64,000 nt of DNA from Ostreococcus lucimarinus (Eukaryota), in assembly GCA_000092065.1 (NCBI GenBank), contig CP000593.1. One strand, written 5' to 3'. The position numbers and the translations under genes are program-made. Under the pieces are notes generated by a model, which was not told the origin of the DNA, searched no databases, and saw nothing but the letters and a program-made list of their open reading frames with translations. This document shows, in pieces, positions 47,236 to 56,381 of this stretch; within the stretch, counting starts at the first letter, position 1; each line of letters starts with the position of its first letter.

Positions 47236-48147
47236 ATGCGTCTCGCGTCGAGCGCTTCGTTCGCTTCGCGTCCGAGCGTTCGCGCGCGCTCGACGCGCAA
47301 CGCGAACGTTCGACGCGCAACGCGCCACAGCGCGCGCGCGAACGCCGCCGGCCGCTGGGCGCCGCCGTCGCGGTCGACGACGCAAACGTCGACGGCGTCG
47401 TCGCGTGCGGCGCCGAAACCGCCGCTCGTCGCCGTCGCCGGGCGCGACGTCACGTCGTTCGCATTTGCCGCCGCCGGCGCGGCGCTGCTGACGACGGTGG
47501 GCGCGGTGGCGCCGCTCGTGCGGTCGCTGCGGGAGCTGAGCGCGAGCGTCGACGCGGCGGCGACGGCGGCGGAAAGCGCGGCGAATGAAGTGGAGGCGTT
47601 AGCGAAAAACACTGCGAAGGAGCTACCGGAGACGCTGCAAGCGATGGAAGAGAGCGCGCGAGAGGTGGAGGCGTTGGCGGCGGAAACGCGGGAGGCGTTG
47701 TCGAAATTGGATGCGACGGAGTACGTCGAGTCGCTCGTAAACGATTTCACGGCAAAGATGAAAGATCCGACGAAGGATTTTCGGGATTTGGGAGACGATG
47801 CGACTGAGTACGTCAGGCGTTTGTCGCTTGAGCTCGGGCTAGTCATGCAGAGCGTGGGCATTTATTTAGACGATGGTGCGTTTGACGAAGACGCGAAGAA
47901 TTTGAGCGCGGCGGAAAAGGCGCGGCGGAAGAACGCCCTCACAGAGGCAATCTCAGCGGCGAAGGAAACGACGGAGAGCGCGGCAAAACTGTCGACGCAA
48001 CTGCAAGGCGCGGCCAACGGTGAATCTAAAGGACGAGATCTAGCAGAAATCGTGGGAAAGATTGCGCTCGCGAGCAAGCAGGTATCGACGGCGATGACAA
48101 GAGTCGTCGAGAGCACGTCGGAGAGTTTCCGTTCGACGGATGAATGA
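47236..48147 (+). CDS. Hypothetical alpha-helical protein with an organelle presequence
   Basis: The ORF-track ORF starts at GTG 47197; the first ATG is 47236 (MRLASSASFASRPSVRARSTRNANVRR…). The mature part is A/E/K-rich and helical (apolipoprotein/LEA-like). No family recognised. Confidence 0.4.
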   Translation: MRLASSASFASRPSVRARSTRNANVRRATRHSARANAAGRWAPPSRSTTQTSTASSRAAPKPPLVAVAGRDVTSFAFAAAGAALLTTVGAVAPLVRSLRELSASVDAAATAAESAANEVEALAKNTAKELPETLQAMEESAREVEALAAETREALSKLDATEYVESLVNDFTAKMKDPTKDFRDLGDDATEYVRRLSLELGLVMQSVGIYLDDGAFDEDAKNLSAAEKARRKNALTEAISAAKETTESAAKLSTQLQGAANGESKGRDLAEIVGKIALASKQVSTAMTRVVESTSESFRSTDE

Positions 48148-48190
48148 CGGATTCAGATTTTATGATTTTTTAACGCGCAAATATTATGTA

Positions 48191-50899
48191 CTATAAAATC
48201 CTACGCGGTTTCGGTGGACTCCAGAACACCTTTTCAGGCGTTCGCAAGGGCGTGTGGAATAGTTCCACCTCAGGATCGTCCACGCGAACTAAAGTCTGAT
48301 ACTCGTCTGTATCGTTGCCTTCGATGAGCCGTGTGAACTGCTCGCCGAACGTTTCCCAATACCAATCGAGGAACAAGTTATGAGTCACGCGCTTGCTAAC
48401 AACCATTCGTTGCATCTCTTCGCGCTGCCGAATCGCGTTCCGCCAACGTGTGAAGTAATGATTACGCGTGGCGAACTGGTGCGACGCGCGCATCTTGACG
48501 AGAGCGACCATTTGCGCCCGCCACATGCCGCGCCAAATCGCGAAACTTCGGCGCAGTCGAGACTGTCGTTGGCGGTTAAAGATGGCTAACGCGCTCACAG
48601 CGATCAACTTAGAGTGCTCTTGAGTGGCGAACTTCCATTGGTTCCACGAACTCAACAACACACGTTGACGCCATCTCGTTAGCGTCGCCGCTACGCTTCG
48701 TCTCTGCGTTCTCAACGTATGCGTGCGGTATCTCCAGCCTTGGAACGCTCTCAACAGTTCGTAACGACGTAGTTTGTTCATAAACTTTGAGACAGTGTGT
48801 TTACGGAACGCAGACTTGATCGTTTGTGATCGCCAAGCGTCGAAATTCGCTCGAATATATTTGAACCGCAACGACGCCATCGCGTGCACGACGCCTCTCT
48901 GATGTTGTTCCTCGCGCTGCCGTCGCGCACTCAGCATTTTCCAATTATGGAAGACGATTCGCGTTGTGTTATTTTTCATGCGTTCCCGCGTGACGGCATA
49001 CATCTTTTCGCGATGCACCCGTACGAATCGAGCAGTCGTTCTCCATGCGAAAAAGTGAAGCTTCGTCAGCGTCTTGCGTGAGTCCTTGTTCCAGCACAGT
49101 AACACGCCGTTGTACGTCTTCTTTGCATGACGTGAATCGTCCACGACTTCTTTCCACTTCAAAAACGCTGCGCATGCGGTGCGGTTATCCCAGCGCGCGA
49201 ACGTCCGCATCAGACGTTGAGTGAAACTTTTTCTCTCTTCCGCTCGGTTCTTCCAACACTCAAACGCGTCAAACATCAGACGCTCACGCATCTTGTGCAC
49301 CGCGAGACGCTGAATCTTTGCGACATGCTTCCCTCGTTTCGCGTACAAATACCACGATACGAACACTTTTTGCTTCAGCTCTCTGGATTTATCAGTCAAC
49401 GCACGTCTATGCGCCCTCGCGGCTATTCGACGCGTTTGATTTGATTCCGAAGCACACGACTTCCATCTATCAAAGAATTGTCGAGCAAGACTCTCGCGTC
49501 GCCTCGCGCTCAACAGCGCGTCCCTCTCGCGCTTCAACTTTCGAGTGTTCGCGTAATTCTTCCAAGCATCAAACGCCGCGCCGAGACCTCGTCTATCAGC
49601 CCGTAATAAGAACCGAACGACGCCGACGCGCTTTCGACGTTCCTTATCCGCAAACGCTCTCCACCTTTTAAAAGTTTCATCCCTGAACGCGCGTGCAGAC
49701 GTCCGCGTCATGCGCTCTATCGCTTTCACCTGAACCGCTTGAACGCGCTTTCGCATCTTTTGCTGCATCGTCTTGCGCATTGTCTTCAAAGCTTCATTGT
49801 TGATAGACTCAAACTCTAACTGTACCGTTTGTACCGAGTTCATCCAGCTCTTCTCCACTATTTTCAGCTCTTCTCGCAAACCTTCCAGCTCCCGCTCCAC
49901 ACCGCGACGGATTTCAATTTCGTCTTTGAATATGCGCGTCCACTTTTCTACTATGGCGGCGGAAAGCCAACTTGGTGCAGACTCGGCCGGTTTCGGTGGC
50001 TCGATCAACACGGGTTGCTGTTCGACTCGCTTCTGTTTCGATTTTGGCTTCGACGGCGACGCGTTTGCTGCGGCGCTCGGACTCGGTGGCGCCGCCAAAG
50101 GTTTTAGATTGAGCACCGACGATTCGGATTCCGTGTCACTGCCGTAGTACGACGTCCCATATTCCACGTACGCCAAATCATCGTCGTAGAGACTCATATC
50201 ATCCAACGCATACTTTGGCAAAAACTCCTTCGGCACCTCCACCACCGCGGCGTTGATCGTCACGTGCTCGAAGCGTCTATTCCTAAACAGCATCGCCCGT
50301 CCGTACGTCGCACGCTCGTGATCGACGCTCACCAGTTCCCATTGTTCGCACACTCCAAAGTTGTAGTTGTAAAAGCACAGCTCGCTCGCAGCCTTGCGTC
50401 TCGCTTGCAAAAGCTTCCCCCCCGCCGCGTGCGAACGAAACCCGTAGAATTCGCCAAATCTCAGCACCACCAACTGCGTCGACGCGTCTCTCGCCGTGAG
50501 CATCAACGAATCGATGTCCGCGCCACCCCCACTCGCCGACGTCGACGTTGAAACTCCGTCTCGCCGAAGCGTCGCGCACGAAAACTCCAGCGCGCGCTTC
50601 CCCTCCGTCGCCGCCGGCGCGTCGTTCGCGCGCGTCGACCGACCGCCGCCGTCCCGCGCCGCGTACATCCCTCGTCCTTCCCTCGCCCCGAGCGCGTACA
50701 TCGCCACGCAGCTTCCCGCGCGCAGCGGCGCGTTCGAGTCCTCTCGCGAAGCGTCGTCATCGTCCGCGGAAACGACGGCGGCGCCGACGACGTCCCAAAA
50801 ACTTCGCTCCGCGGTGGTGGCTCCAGAGCTCAACAATCCAATCTCTTTCGCGGCGACGTCGCGCGTCGTTCGCGCGACGTCTCTCGCGCGCGACGGCAT
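48191..50899 (-). CDS. Sfi1-like centrin-binding repeat protein (basal body/centrosome half-bridge type)
   Basis: The C-terminal about 550 aa consist of around 20 tandem repeats of roughly 23-33 aa, each ending in [FLW]-x2-W-[KR]. Examples are AFDAWKNY, FFDRWKSC, VFVSWYLY, AFECWKNR, AFLKWKEV, HFFAWRTT, VFHNWKML, NFDAWRSQ, AFQGWRYR, TLTRWRQR, SWNQWKFA, SFAIWRGM and YFTRWRNA, which is the Sfi1 centrin-binding repeat signature. The ORF is open to 51337 but overlaps the upstream gene, so ATG 50899 is used. The start is uncertain. Confidence 0.6.
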   Translation of the reverse strand: MPSRARDVARTTRDVAAKEIGLLSSGATTAERSFWDVVGAAVVSADDDDASREDSNAPLRAGSCVAMYALGAREGRGMYAARDGGGRSTRANDAPAATEGKRALEFSCATLRRDGVSTSTSASGGGADIDSLMLTARDASTQLVVLRFGEFYGFRSHAAGGKLLQARRKAASELCFYNYNFGVCEQWELVSVDHERATYGRAMLFRNRRFEHVTINAAVVEVPKEFLPKYALDDMSLYDDDLAYVEYGTSYYGSDTESESSVLNLKPLAAPPSPSAAANASPSKPKSKQKRVEQQPVLIEPPKPAESAPSWLSAAIVEKWTRIFKDEIEIRRGVERELEGLREELKIVEKSWMNSVQTVQLEFESINNEALKTMRKTMQQKMRKRVQAVQVKAIERMTRTSARAFRDETFKRWRAFADKERRKRVGVVRFLLRADRRGLGAAFDAWKNYANTRKLKRERDALLSARRRESLARQFFDRWKSCASESNQTRRIAARAHRRALTDKSRELKQKVFVSWYLYAKRGKHVAKIQRLAVHKMRERLMFDAFECWKNRAEERKSFTQRLMRTFARWDNRTACAAFLKWKEVVDDSRHAKKTYNGVLLCWNKDSRKTLTKLHFFAWRTTARFVRVHREKMYAVTRERMKNNTTRIVFHNWKMLSARRQREEQHQRGVVHAMASLRFKYIRANFDAWRSQTIKSAFRKHTVSKFMNKLRRYELLRAFQGWRYRTHTLRTQRRSVAATLTRWRQRVLLSSWNQWKFATQEHSKLIAVSALAIFNRQRQSRLRRSFAIWRGMWRAQMVALVKMRASHQFATRNHYFTRWRNAIRQREEMQRMVVSKRVTHNLFLDWYWETFGEQFTRLIEGNDTDEYQTLVRVDDPEVELFHTPLRTPEKVFWSPPKPRRIL

Positions 50900-51113
50900 G
50901 TGACGACGCCACGATGCGCTTTCTTTCGTTCGACGCGAGCCGCGTCGCGGACGCGCCGCGCGCGCGTCGGCGTCTGGCGATGTCCCGCGCACTGACCGTT
51001 GCCCAGAGCGCGAGACGGAACCGCGACGGTTCGCGCGTCGGTCGGGCGGTTCGCGCGGTCGGGCGGGAACGCGCGCGTCGAATGGAAACGTTTCAAATAC
51101 AGTCGATCGATCG

Positions 51114-53333
51114 TTATTTCGCGAGTCGTGAGCTTCGACGCCGAGGAGAGTCGGAGGGATCGCCGCGTTCGTCGCGCGTCGATGCACGCGCGGCGCGCTT
51201 GGGCGCGGGCGAGAGGAAGGATGGGAAGTCTCCGCCGGGAAGCGGCGTCGGACGCGCGCCGAACAGCAAAGACGCGGTGTGATCCTTCGGCGGCGGTGCG
51301 ACGGTGGGCTCGTCCAGTGATGGTCGACGACGCGCACCGAACGGTGAGGCGTACATGGTCGGTTCGGGAACCGTGTAGCTCGAAGTTCGCGCGCCCGACG
51401 GAGTCATCAGAGATTTGATGCCAGCGGGTGAGGACGACGGACCGCGTTCGAGCGCGCTGCGACGATCGGCCTTCGCGTCGTGCGGTCGAACGAACGTCAA
51501 AGGTTTGCCCGGGCTTACCAACATCGTCGTGGCCAACGCCGCCGTCGCGCTGTCGATCGACGGCTCTCGCCGCTCGCGCGCAAGTTCGATGGGTGGTTTG
51601 AGAAACGGCAAGATGCCGACGGCGGCGTCTTCGCTCTTCAACACGGCCTCGAATTCCTTGACTTCATCGATCAACAGTGCGCTCGCGGTGGTGGCCAAAG
51701 CGTCCTCCGATGCGTCCCGCACGACGAGCGAGCGAGCCAACAAGGCGTCGTCGTCGCCTCTTTGCCTCGCGGCTTCCGCCACGAGTACTTTTTGCGGCAC
51801 CGGCAAGCGTGACAAACTCTCCTGCATTCGCTTCACGAGTTTCGCGGCGTGCTCGTCTTCTAAACGCCCTTCACTTCTGGCTTTGGAGAACAACTCGGAC
51901 GCCTCGAGCGCGCGTCCTCGGTTGAGCAAGTACAAAATTCCAGTCTCCACGGGAACTTCCGAGCGTCGCGCCCACAAGAGGTCGAGCAGTAACTTCTCCA
52001 TCTCGCCGTAAAACGGAAGCTCGAGGACCTTGTCCAGGCAAAGCTTCTCGACGCCGTGATCTAACAACAGACTCACGAGGTATGCGCCTGATTTTGAATC
52101 GCCGCGCAATTCGGGAAACGTCTTGAACGCGTCTCTGACGGCGATAAACGCCTCGGCGATGAGACCGCACGCGAGACGGATTGAAACATCTAAACCTATG
52201 GCCTCGGTGTCCGAGGACGAAGGCGCGCGCGCGCGCGCCACCATTAACGCCGTCGTCGCGCGACCGCGTCGAGCTAAACTCGCGATAAACTTCACCGGCA
52301 ACAACGGATGCGCGACGCGAGGTAAGAGCGCGCACGCCTCGTCGAGCGACGCCTCGTTCTCTGAGTCATCGAGCAATACCGCTGCGCGCGTTTCTTGAAA
52401 CAACCTCGGATGAATACGCGCTTGTCGCGCGTACTCCATCGGCGACCCGTCGTGCGGCAAGCCGGAATCGAGCAAAAAGTACAGAAACAAACACTTCTTC
52501 GCCACGAGCGCCGCCGGCGACGCGCTCCCGTCCACGAACACGCACTTCGCCGCATCCGTCACCGTCTTGAACGGATACGCTGGCTGATGCTCGCCCACCC
52601 CCGCGAGTAAATCATCTAAAAACGTCGTCGCGTTTGCGCCTCCGAATCGCGCGTCCCCGTTCGCCGCCGCGCTCCTTCGCCGTTGCACCGCCCCCGCCCA
52701 CGCCGCCGGTCCACCGTATCGCGCCCCCACCGCATCACTCAATCCCTCTCTCGCCGCCCACAGCAGCGCCTCCGCCTGCAGCTGTCTCGTCACCACTTCA
52801 TCCGCCGTCGCTCGCAGCGCCTCTCGCTCCGCGTTCGCCTCGTCCCCGTCCTCTCTCCATCCTCCCAGCGCCTCCACCGTCCTTCGCGCCGCCTCCAGCG
52901 TTCGCATCGCGTCCTCCACCGCCGCCACTCTCGCCTCTCGCGGTCTTCCCGCGCTCGCGTGCACTCTTTCGCTCGCTCGTCTCGTCGCTCTTCGCGCCCA
53001 CGCGCTCGCGCACGCCCCGTCCCGCGCGTACGCCTCCGCGCCGTCGTCGCTCGAGAACCTTCCATCGTCGCTCAGGCACACTTCGTCGACGTAGTGCGCG
53101 ATCACCGACGCGCACCCCGCGCGCGCGCACGCGTCGAAGACGTCGTGGAGGCGGTCGACGTCGAGCTGTTCGGGCGCGTCGGCGACGTCGCGCGCGGGCG
53201 CGGCGGCGACGCCGGGACACTGGGACGACCGGAGCGCGGCGTGCGCGGCGCGCAGGGTGGGAACGTGCGCGAGCGACGCGGGAGGTAAGATGGCGAGCTC
53301 GTCCAGCGCGATCGCGAGCTCGGGGGCGTCCAT
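51114..53333 (-). CDS. Large alpha-helical hypothetical protein; weak resemblance to ELYS-domain nucleoporins (tentative)
   Basis: 739 aa with an ATG at 53333. The central helical region contains KCLFLYFLLDSGLP and GILYLLNRGRALE. The C-terminal Pro/Ser-rich tail has two FG dipeptides (SPFGARR, LLFGARP). The assignment is from memory of ELYS-domain motifs and is low confidence. Confidence 0.45.
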   Translation of the reverse strand: MDAPELAIALDELAILPPASLAHVPTLRAAHAALRSSQCPGVAAAPARDVADAPEQLDVDRLHDVFDACARAGCASVIAHYVDEVCLSDDGRFSSDDGAEAYARDGACASAWARRATRRASERVHASAGRPREARVAAVEDAMRTLEAARRTVEALGGWREDGDEANAEREALRATADEVVTRQLQAEALLWAAREGLSDAVGARYGGPAAWAGAVQRRRSAAANGDARFGGANATTFLDDLLAGVGEHQPAYPFKTVTDAAKCVFVDGSASPAALVAKKCLFLYFLLDSGLPHDGSPMEYARQARIHPRLFQETRAAVLLDDSENEASLDEACALLPRVAHPLLPVKFIASLARRGRATTALMVARARAPSSSDTEAIGLDVSIRLACGLIAEAFIAVRDAFKTFPELRGDSKSGAYLVSLLLDHGVEKLCLDKVLELPFYGEMEKLLLDLLWARRSEVPVETGILYLLNRGRALEASELFSKARSEGRLEDEHAAKLVKRMQESLSRLPVPQKVLVAEAARQRGDDDALLARSLVVRDASEDALATTASALLIDEVKEFEAVLKSEDAAVGILPFLKPPIELARERREPSIDSATAALATTMLVSPGKPLTFVRPHDAKADRRSALERGPSSSPAGIKSLMTPSGARTSSYTVPEPTMYASPFGARRRPSLDEPTVAPPPKDHTASLLFGARPTPLPGGDFPSFLSPAPKRAARASTRDERGDPSDSPRRRSSRLAK

Positions 53334-53436
53334 GACGGACGACCGGGCGCGATGTGACGCACATCCAGCGCGCGGGTTTGAACGGTCGTTCGCGACGCGG
53401 CGGGACGCGCGAGGCGCGTTTGGTTTTAATTACACC

Positions 53437-54948
53437 TCACAGATGGTCGATGACGTCCTTGAGAGACTTGCCGTCGATTTTGGTGGTTTCGAGCAAAAAG
53501 GTCTTCTTCTTAGCCTCCATGAGCTGGGCCTCGACGGCGCGAGATTGCTCCGTGTCGGGCGCGCGCGTCTTGGCGCGCTCGAGCTCGACGCGGTCGGTGT
53601 ACTTGAGCTGAGCGCCGAGGACGTGGTTGGTGATGCCGGGAAGATCGCCCTCCGACGCGGGTTCGATCGTGGGCTCGAAATCGTCGGGAGTATACCTGTG
53701 CTCCTCGTGCATGTACTCGCCCTCGGGGGTGAGACGATGGCCGTGGGGCTCGCTCGACGACGGGTGCCGCGAGACGAAGAGCGCGGCGTCGGCGGAGTAG
53801 CCGAAGAGTTCCAACGTCTTCTCGGCGATGCGGGTTTGGACTTCGATGATGGGGGAGTCGGTGCGGTAGACGAACTTTTCGCGGTGGATCGTGAACCGTC
53901 GGAGGTTTTGCTTCATGTGTTCGTGGCTTCCCAGCGTGTTGGAAAGTTTCGCCGGGAGCTTGAGGAGCGTCGTGAGCTCTTGCATGACTTTTTGCGCGGC
54001 TTGGTACTTTTCCGGTTTTTTCCCGGTGGCGTCGCGTCGGAAGTGATCCATGTCCGGTTGCACCAAATCCTCCGCCCGGAGCACCGTGGCGTAGTTCTTG
54101 AGCGGGCCCTTGATGAGCGCCCCGAGCTCAAAGTTGATGGACGTCCAGTACGCCGTCGTGCGCAATAAATCAATCACGTCGTCCTTCTTCACGCTCGTCA
54201 TCGACTGGTGCTGGGAGAGATGCGCCCACTCGGATTCAAATTTTGCCGTCAACTGCTCCCATCGCTCTTGACCAAAGTACGCCTTTTGTAAATCCCGCTC
54301 CTTGTCGTGCAAATTCCCGAGCGGCAGCGTCCGCGGATCCCGCACCAAGTGCACGTACGTCACCGACGGCCCGTACACGTCTCTCCAAATCGGCACCAAA
54401 TACATCGCCAACGGATCCTTCCATCCCCACCGCCCGACCTCTTGATCGTGTTGTATCCCATTCATCGTCAATCCCGGGTGCAACCACTTCTCCTGTCTCG
54501 CAAACATATCGCACAAATGTTTCGCTAAATCCGCTTGCAAATCCATCGGCAAATCATCCGGTTCGTACAGCAACCGCTTCGAAAACGCCATGACGTCCAC
54601 CACCATGTCATCCAACCCGCTCAACCGCTCCGCGTCGCTGTTCCCATCCTTATCCGTCGGTCCGAACGTCACCGCGTTCGAATCCCTCAGGAATTCCATC
54701 AGCGGCTTTCCCGCGCCGCCGCCGTCGCCGCCGACGATCACCGGCTTGCTCGGAATCTGCGTGCATCGCATCTCCGGGTGATCGCGCAGCAGGTGCGTCA
54801 TCCATCGCCGCGCCGGCCGCGACGCCGTCCCTCCCGCGCTTCCCGCGCCCGCGTCCATCGCCTGTAGCGGCGCGCGCCGCGCGCTCGCGCCGCGAAACGC
54901 GCCCGCGCGTCCCAACACCAAAAACGTCCCGAGCGTCACCGCCGCCAT
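53437..54948 (-). CDS. Sulfotransferase-domain-like type II membrane protein, tentative
   Basis: A signal-anchor MAAVTLGTFLVLGRAGAF is followed by a P-loop-like PVIVGGDGGGAGKP (5'-PSB-like) and LVRDPRT (an RDP motif as in carbohydrate sulfotransferases). ATG 54948 is chosen within ORF 53437-55008. Confidence 0.4.
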   Translation of the reverse strand: MAAVTLGTFLVLGRAGAFRGASARRAPLQAMDAGAGSAGGTASRPARRWMTHLLRDHPEMRCTQIPSKPVIVGGDGGGAGKPLMEFLRDSNAVTFGPTDKDGNSDAERLSGLDDMVVDVMAFSKRLLYEPDDLPMDLQADLAKHLCDMFARQEKWLHPGLTMNGIQHDQEVGRWGWKDPLAMYLVPIWRDVYGPSVTYVHLVRDPRTLPLGNLHDKERDLQKAYFGQERWEQLTAKFESEWAHLSQHQSMTSVKKDDVIDLLRTTAYWTSINFELGALIKGPLKNYATVLRAEDLVQPDMDHFRRDATGKKPEKYQAAQKVMQELTTLLKLPAKLSNTLGSHEHMKQNLRRFTIHREKFVYRTDSPIIEVQTRIAEKTLELFGYSADAALFVSRHPSSSEPHGHRLTPEGEYMHEEHRYTPDDFEPTIEPASEGDLPGITNHVLGAQLKYTDRVELERAKTRAPDTEQSRAVEAQLMEAKKKTFLLETTKIDGKSLKDVIDHL

Positions 54949-55106
54949 CGTCTCGCGCGCGCGCGCGCCCCGCGACCGCGCGGCGCGCGCGCGACGTTCG
55001 CGCGTCATCGCGCGCGCGTCGCGAGGACGCGACGCCGTTCGAGCGCGACGCGATTCGAATCGCCGCGCGACGCGATGTCGACACTTCGCGTCGCGCGGCG
55101 ATTCGA

Positions 55107-56333
55107 ATGGCGTCGACGCGCGCGATCGCGGGCGCGGGATCGCGAATCGACGCGAATCGACGCGACGCTCGCGAGCGCGCCGCGCGCGTCGCTCGACCGG
55201 CGACGCGACGCGCGCGCGACGACGACGCGGCGGAATCGGAATCGGTGTCGGAACCGGGGTCGCGCGCGCACGCCGGCCCGCACGACGTCGTCGTGAAGCG
55301 CACGACGCCGCGACCGACGCGCGCGGTGGCGCGCACGGGCGCGGTGGCGACGAAGAGCGCGAAGGCGCACCGAAGGCAGCGCGCGTGGGCGCCGGACGCG
55401 CTGGAGTTTCACGGGCTGGTGCGGGCGCGGCGGGAAGATTTGGGGACGCGCGCGAACGAGGACGAGAGGGAAAGATTCCCGTACGGCGATGGATTCGCGT
55501 TCGCGAGGGCGACGTGCGAGACGGAGACGATGGTGGCGCTCGCGACGGCGATGGTCGGGGAAGAGCGACGCATGCGGCTGGAAAACGTTTTGGAGCATAG
55601 AAGTTTTTCGTTGCTGCCGATTCTAGAGGGCGTCTACGACGTCGGCAATATCTTGGCGGTGTGTCGGACGACGGAGGCGCTGGGGATCGGGTGCGCGTCG
55701 ATCGTGAGCTCGAAGGGGCTGTCGTTCAAGGCGAGCGGGAGGACGTCGGGAGGGGCGCTGAAGTGGCAACACGTGGAGCAGTTTGAGACGTCGGAACGCG
55801 CGCTCAGAGTCGCGAAGGCGAAAGGATACCGCGTTCTTACGACTGAGTTTGACGGCGCGCAGCCGCTGTCGCATTACGATTGGACCGTGCCCACGGCGGT
55901 GGTGTTTGGGAACGAGCGCGAGGGGGTTTCGGACGAGGCGCGAGCGCTGCGGGATGGCGCCGTGTACATTCCGATGTTTGGCTTCACCGAGTCTTTGAAC
56001 ATTTCCGTCGCCGCCGCGCTCGTGATGTCGCACGCCGTGACGGACCGGATCAACCGCCGAGGGTTTCACGGCGATTTGACTGAGGAAGAAAAACGTATTT
56101 TGCGCGGCGTGTACATGTCTAGGTTGATACCGAACTACGCAAAGCAAGGATATCTCGAAGAACTCGTCGAGCGTCATAGAAAGGGTCAAAAGCTCGCGGT
56201 GACGGACGACATCGATGTGAGCGAGGAAACACTCGACGAAATTGAATTGTTGACCGAACTGGACGCGGCCAAGTTGGTCGGTAGGCGCAAGCCGAAACGA
56301 GACCTGGGATGGGACGAGCACCTGGACGGTTGA
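55107..56333 (+). CDS. SpoU/TrmH-family RNA 2'-O-ribose methyltransferase (rRNA Gm methyltransferase MRM1-like)
   Basis: The SPOUT blocks are FSLLPILEGVYDVGNILAVCRTTEALGIG, TAVVFGNEREGVSDEA and IPMFGFTESLNISVAAALVM. The Arg/Ala-rich N-terminus may be a presequence. TGTAA lies about 33 nt after the stop. Confidence 0.8.
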   Translation: MASTRAIAGAGSRIDANRRDARERAARVARPATRRARDDDAAESESVSEPGSRAHAGPHDVVVKRTTPRPTRAVARTGAVATKSAKAHRRQRAWAPDALEFHGLVRARREDLGTRANEDERERFPYGDGFAFARATCETETMVALATAMVGEERRMRLENVLEHRSFSLLPILEGVYDVGNILAVCRTTEALGIGCASIVSSKGLSFKASGRTSGGALKWQHVEQFETSERALRVAKAKGYRVLTTEFDGAQPLSHYDWTVPTAVVFGNEREGVSDEARALRDGAVYIPMFGFTESLNISVAAALVMSHAVTDRINRRGFHGDLTEEEKRILRGVYMSRLIPNYAKQGYLEELVERHRKGQKLAVTDDIDVSEETLDEIELLTELDAAKLVGRRKPKRDLGWDEHLDG

Positions 56334-56365
56334 ATTATTGAAGTTGTTGTTTATTGTGTCAAATG

Positions 56366-56370
56366 TTGTA
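56366..56370 (+). promoter_or_regulatory. TGTAA putative poly(A) signal after the SpoU methyltransferase gene
   Basis: The sequence aaatgtTGTAAatctag. Confidence 0.35.
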
Positions 56371-56381
56371 AATCTAGAGAA

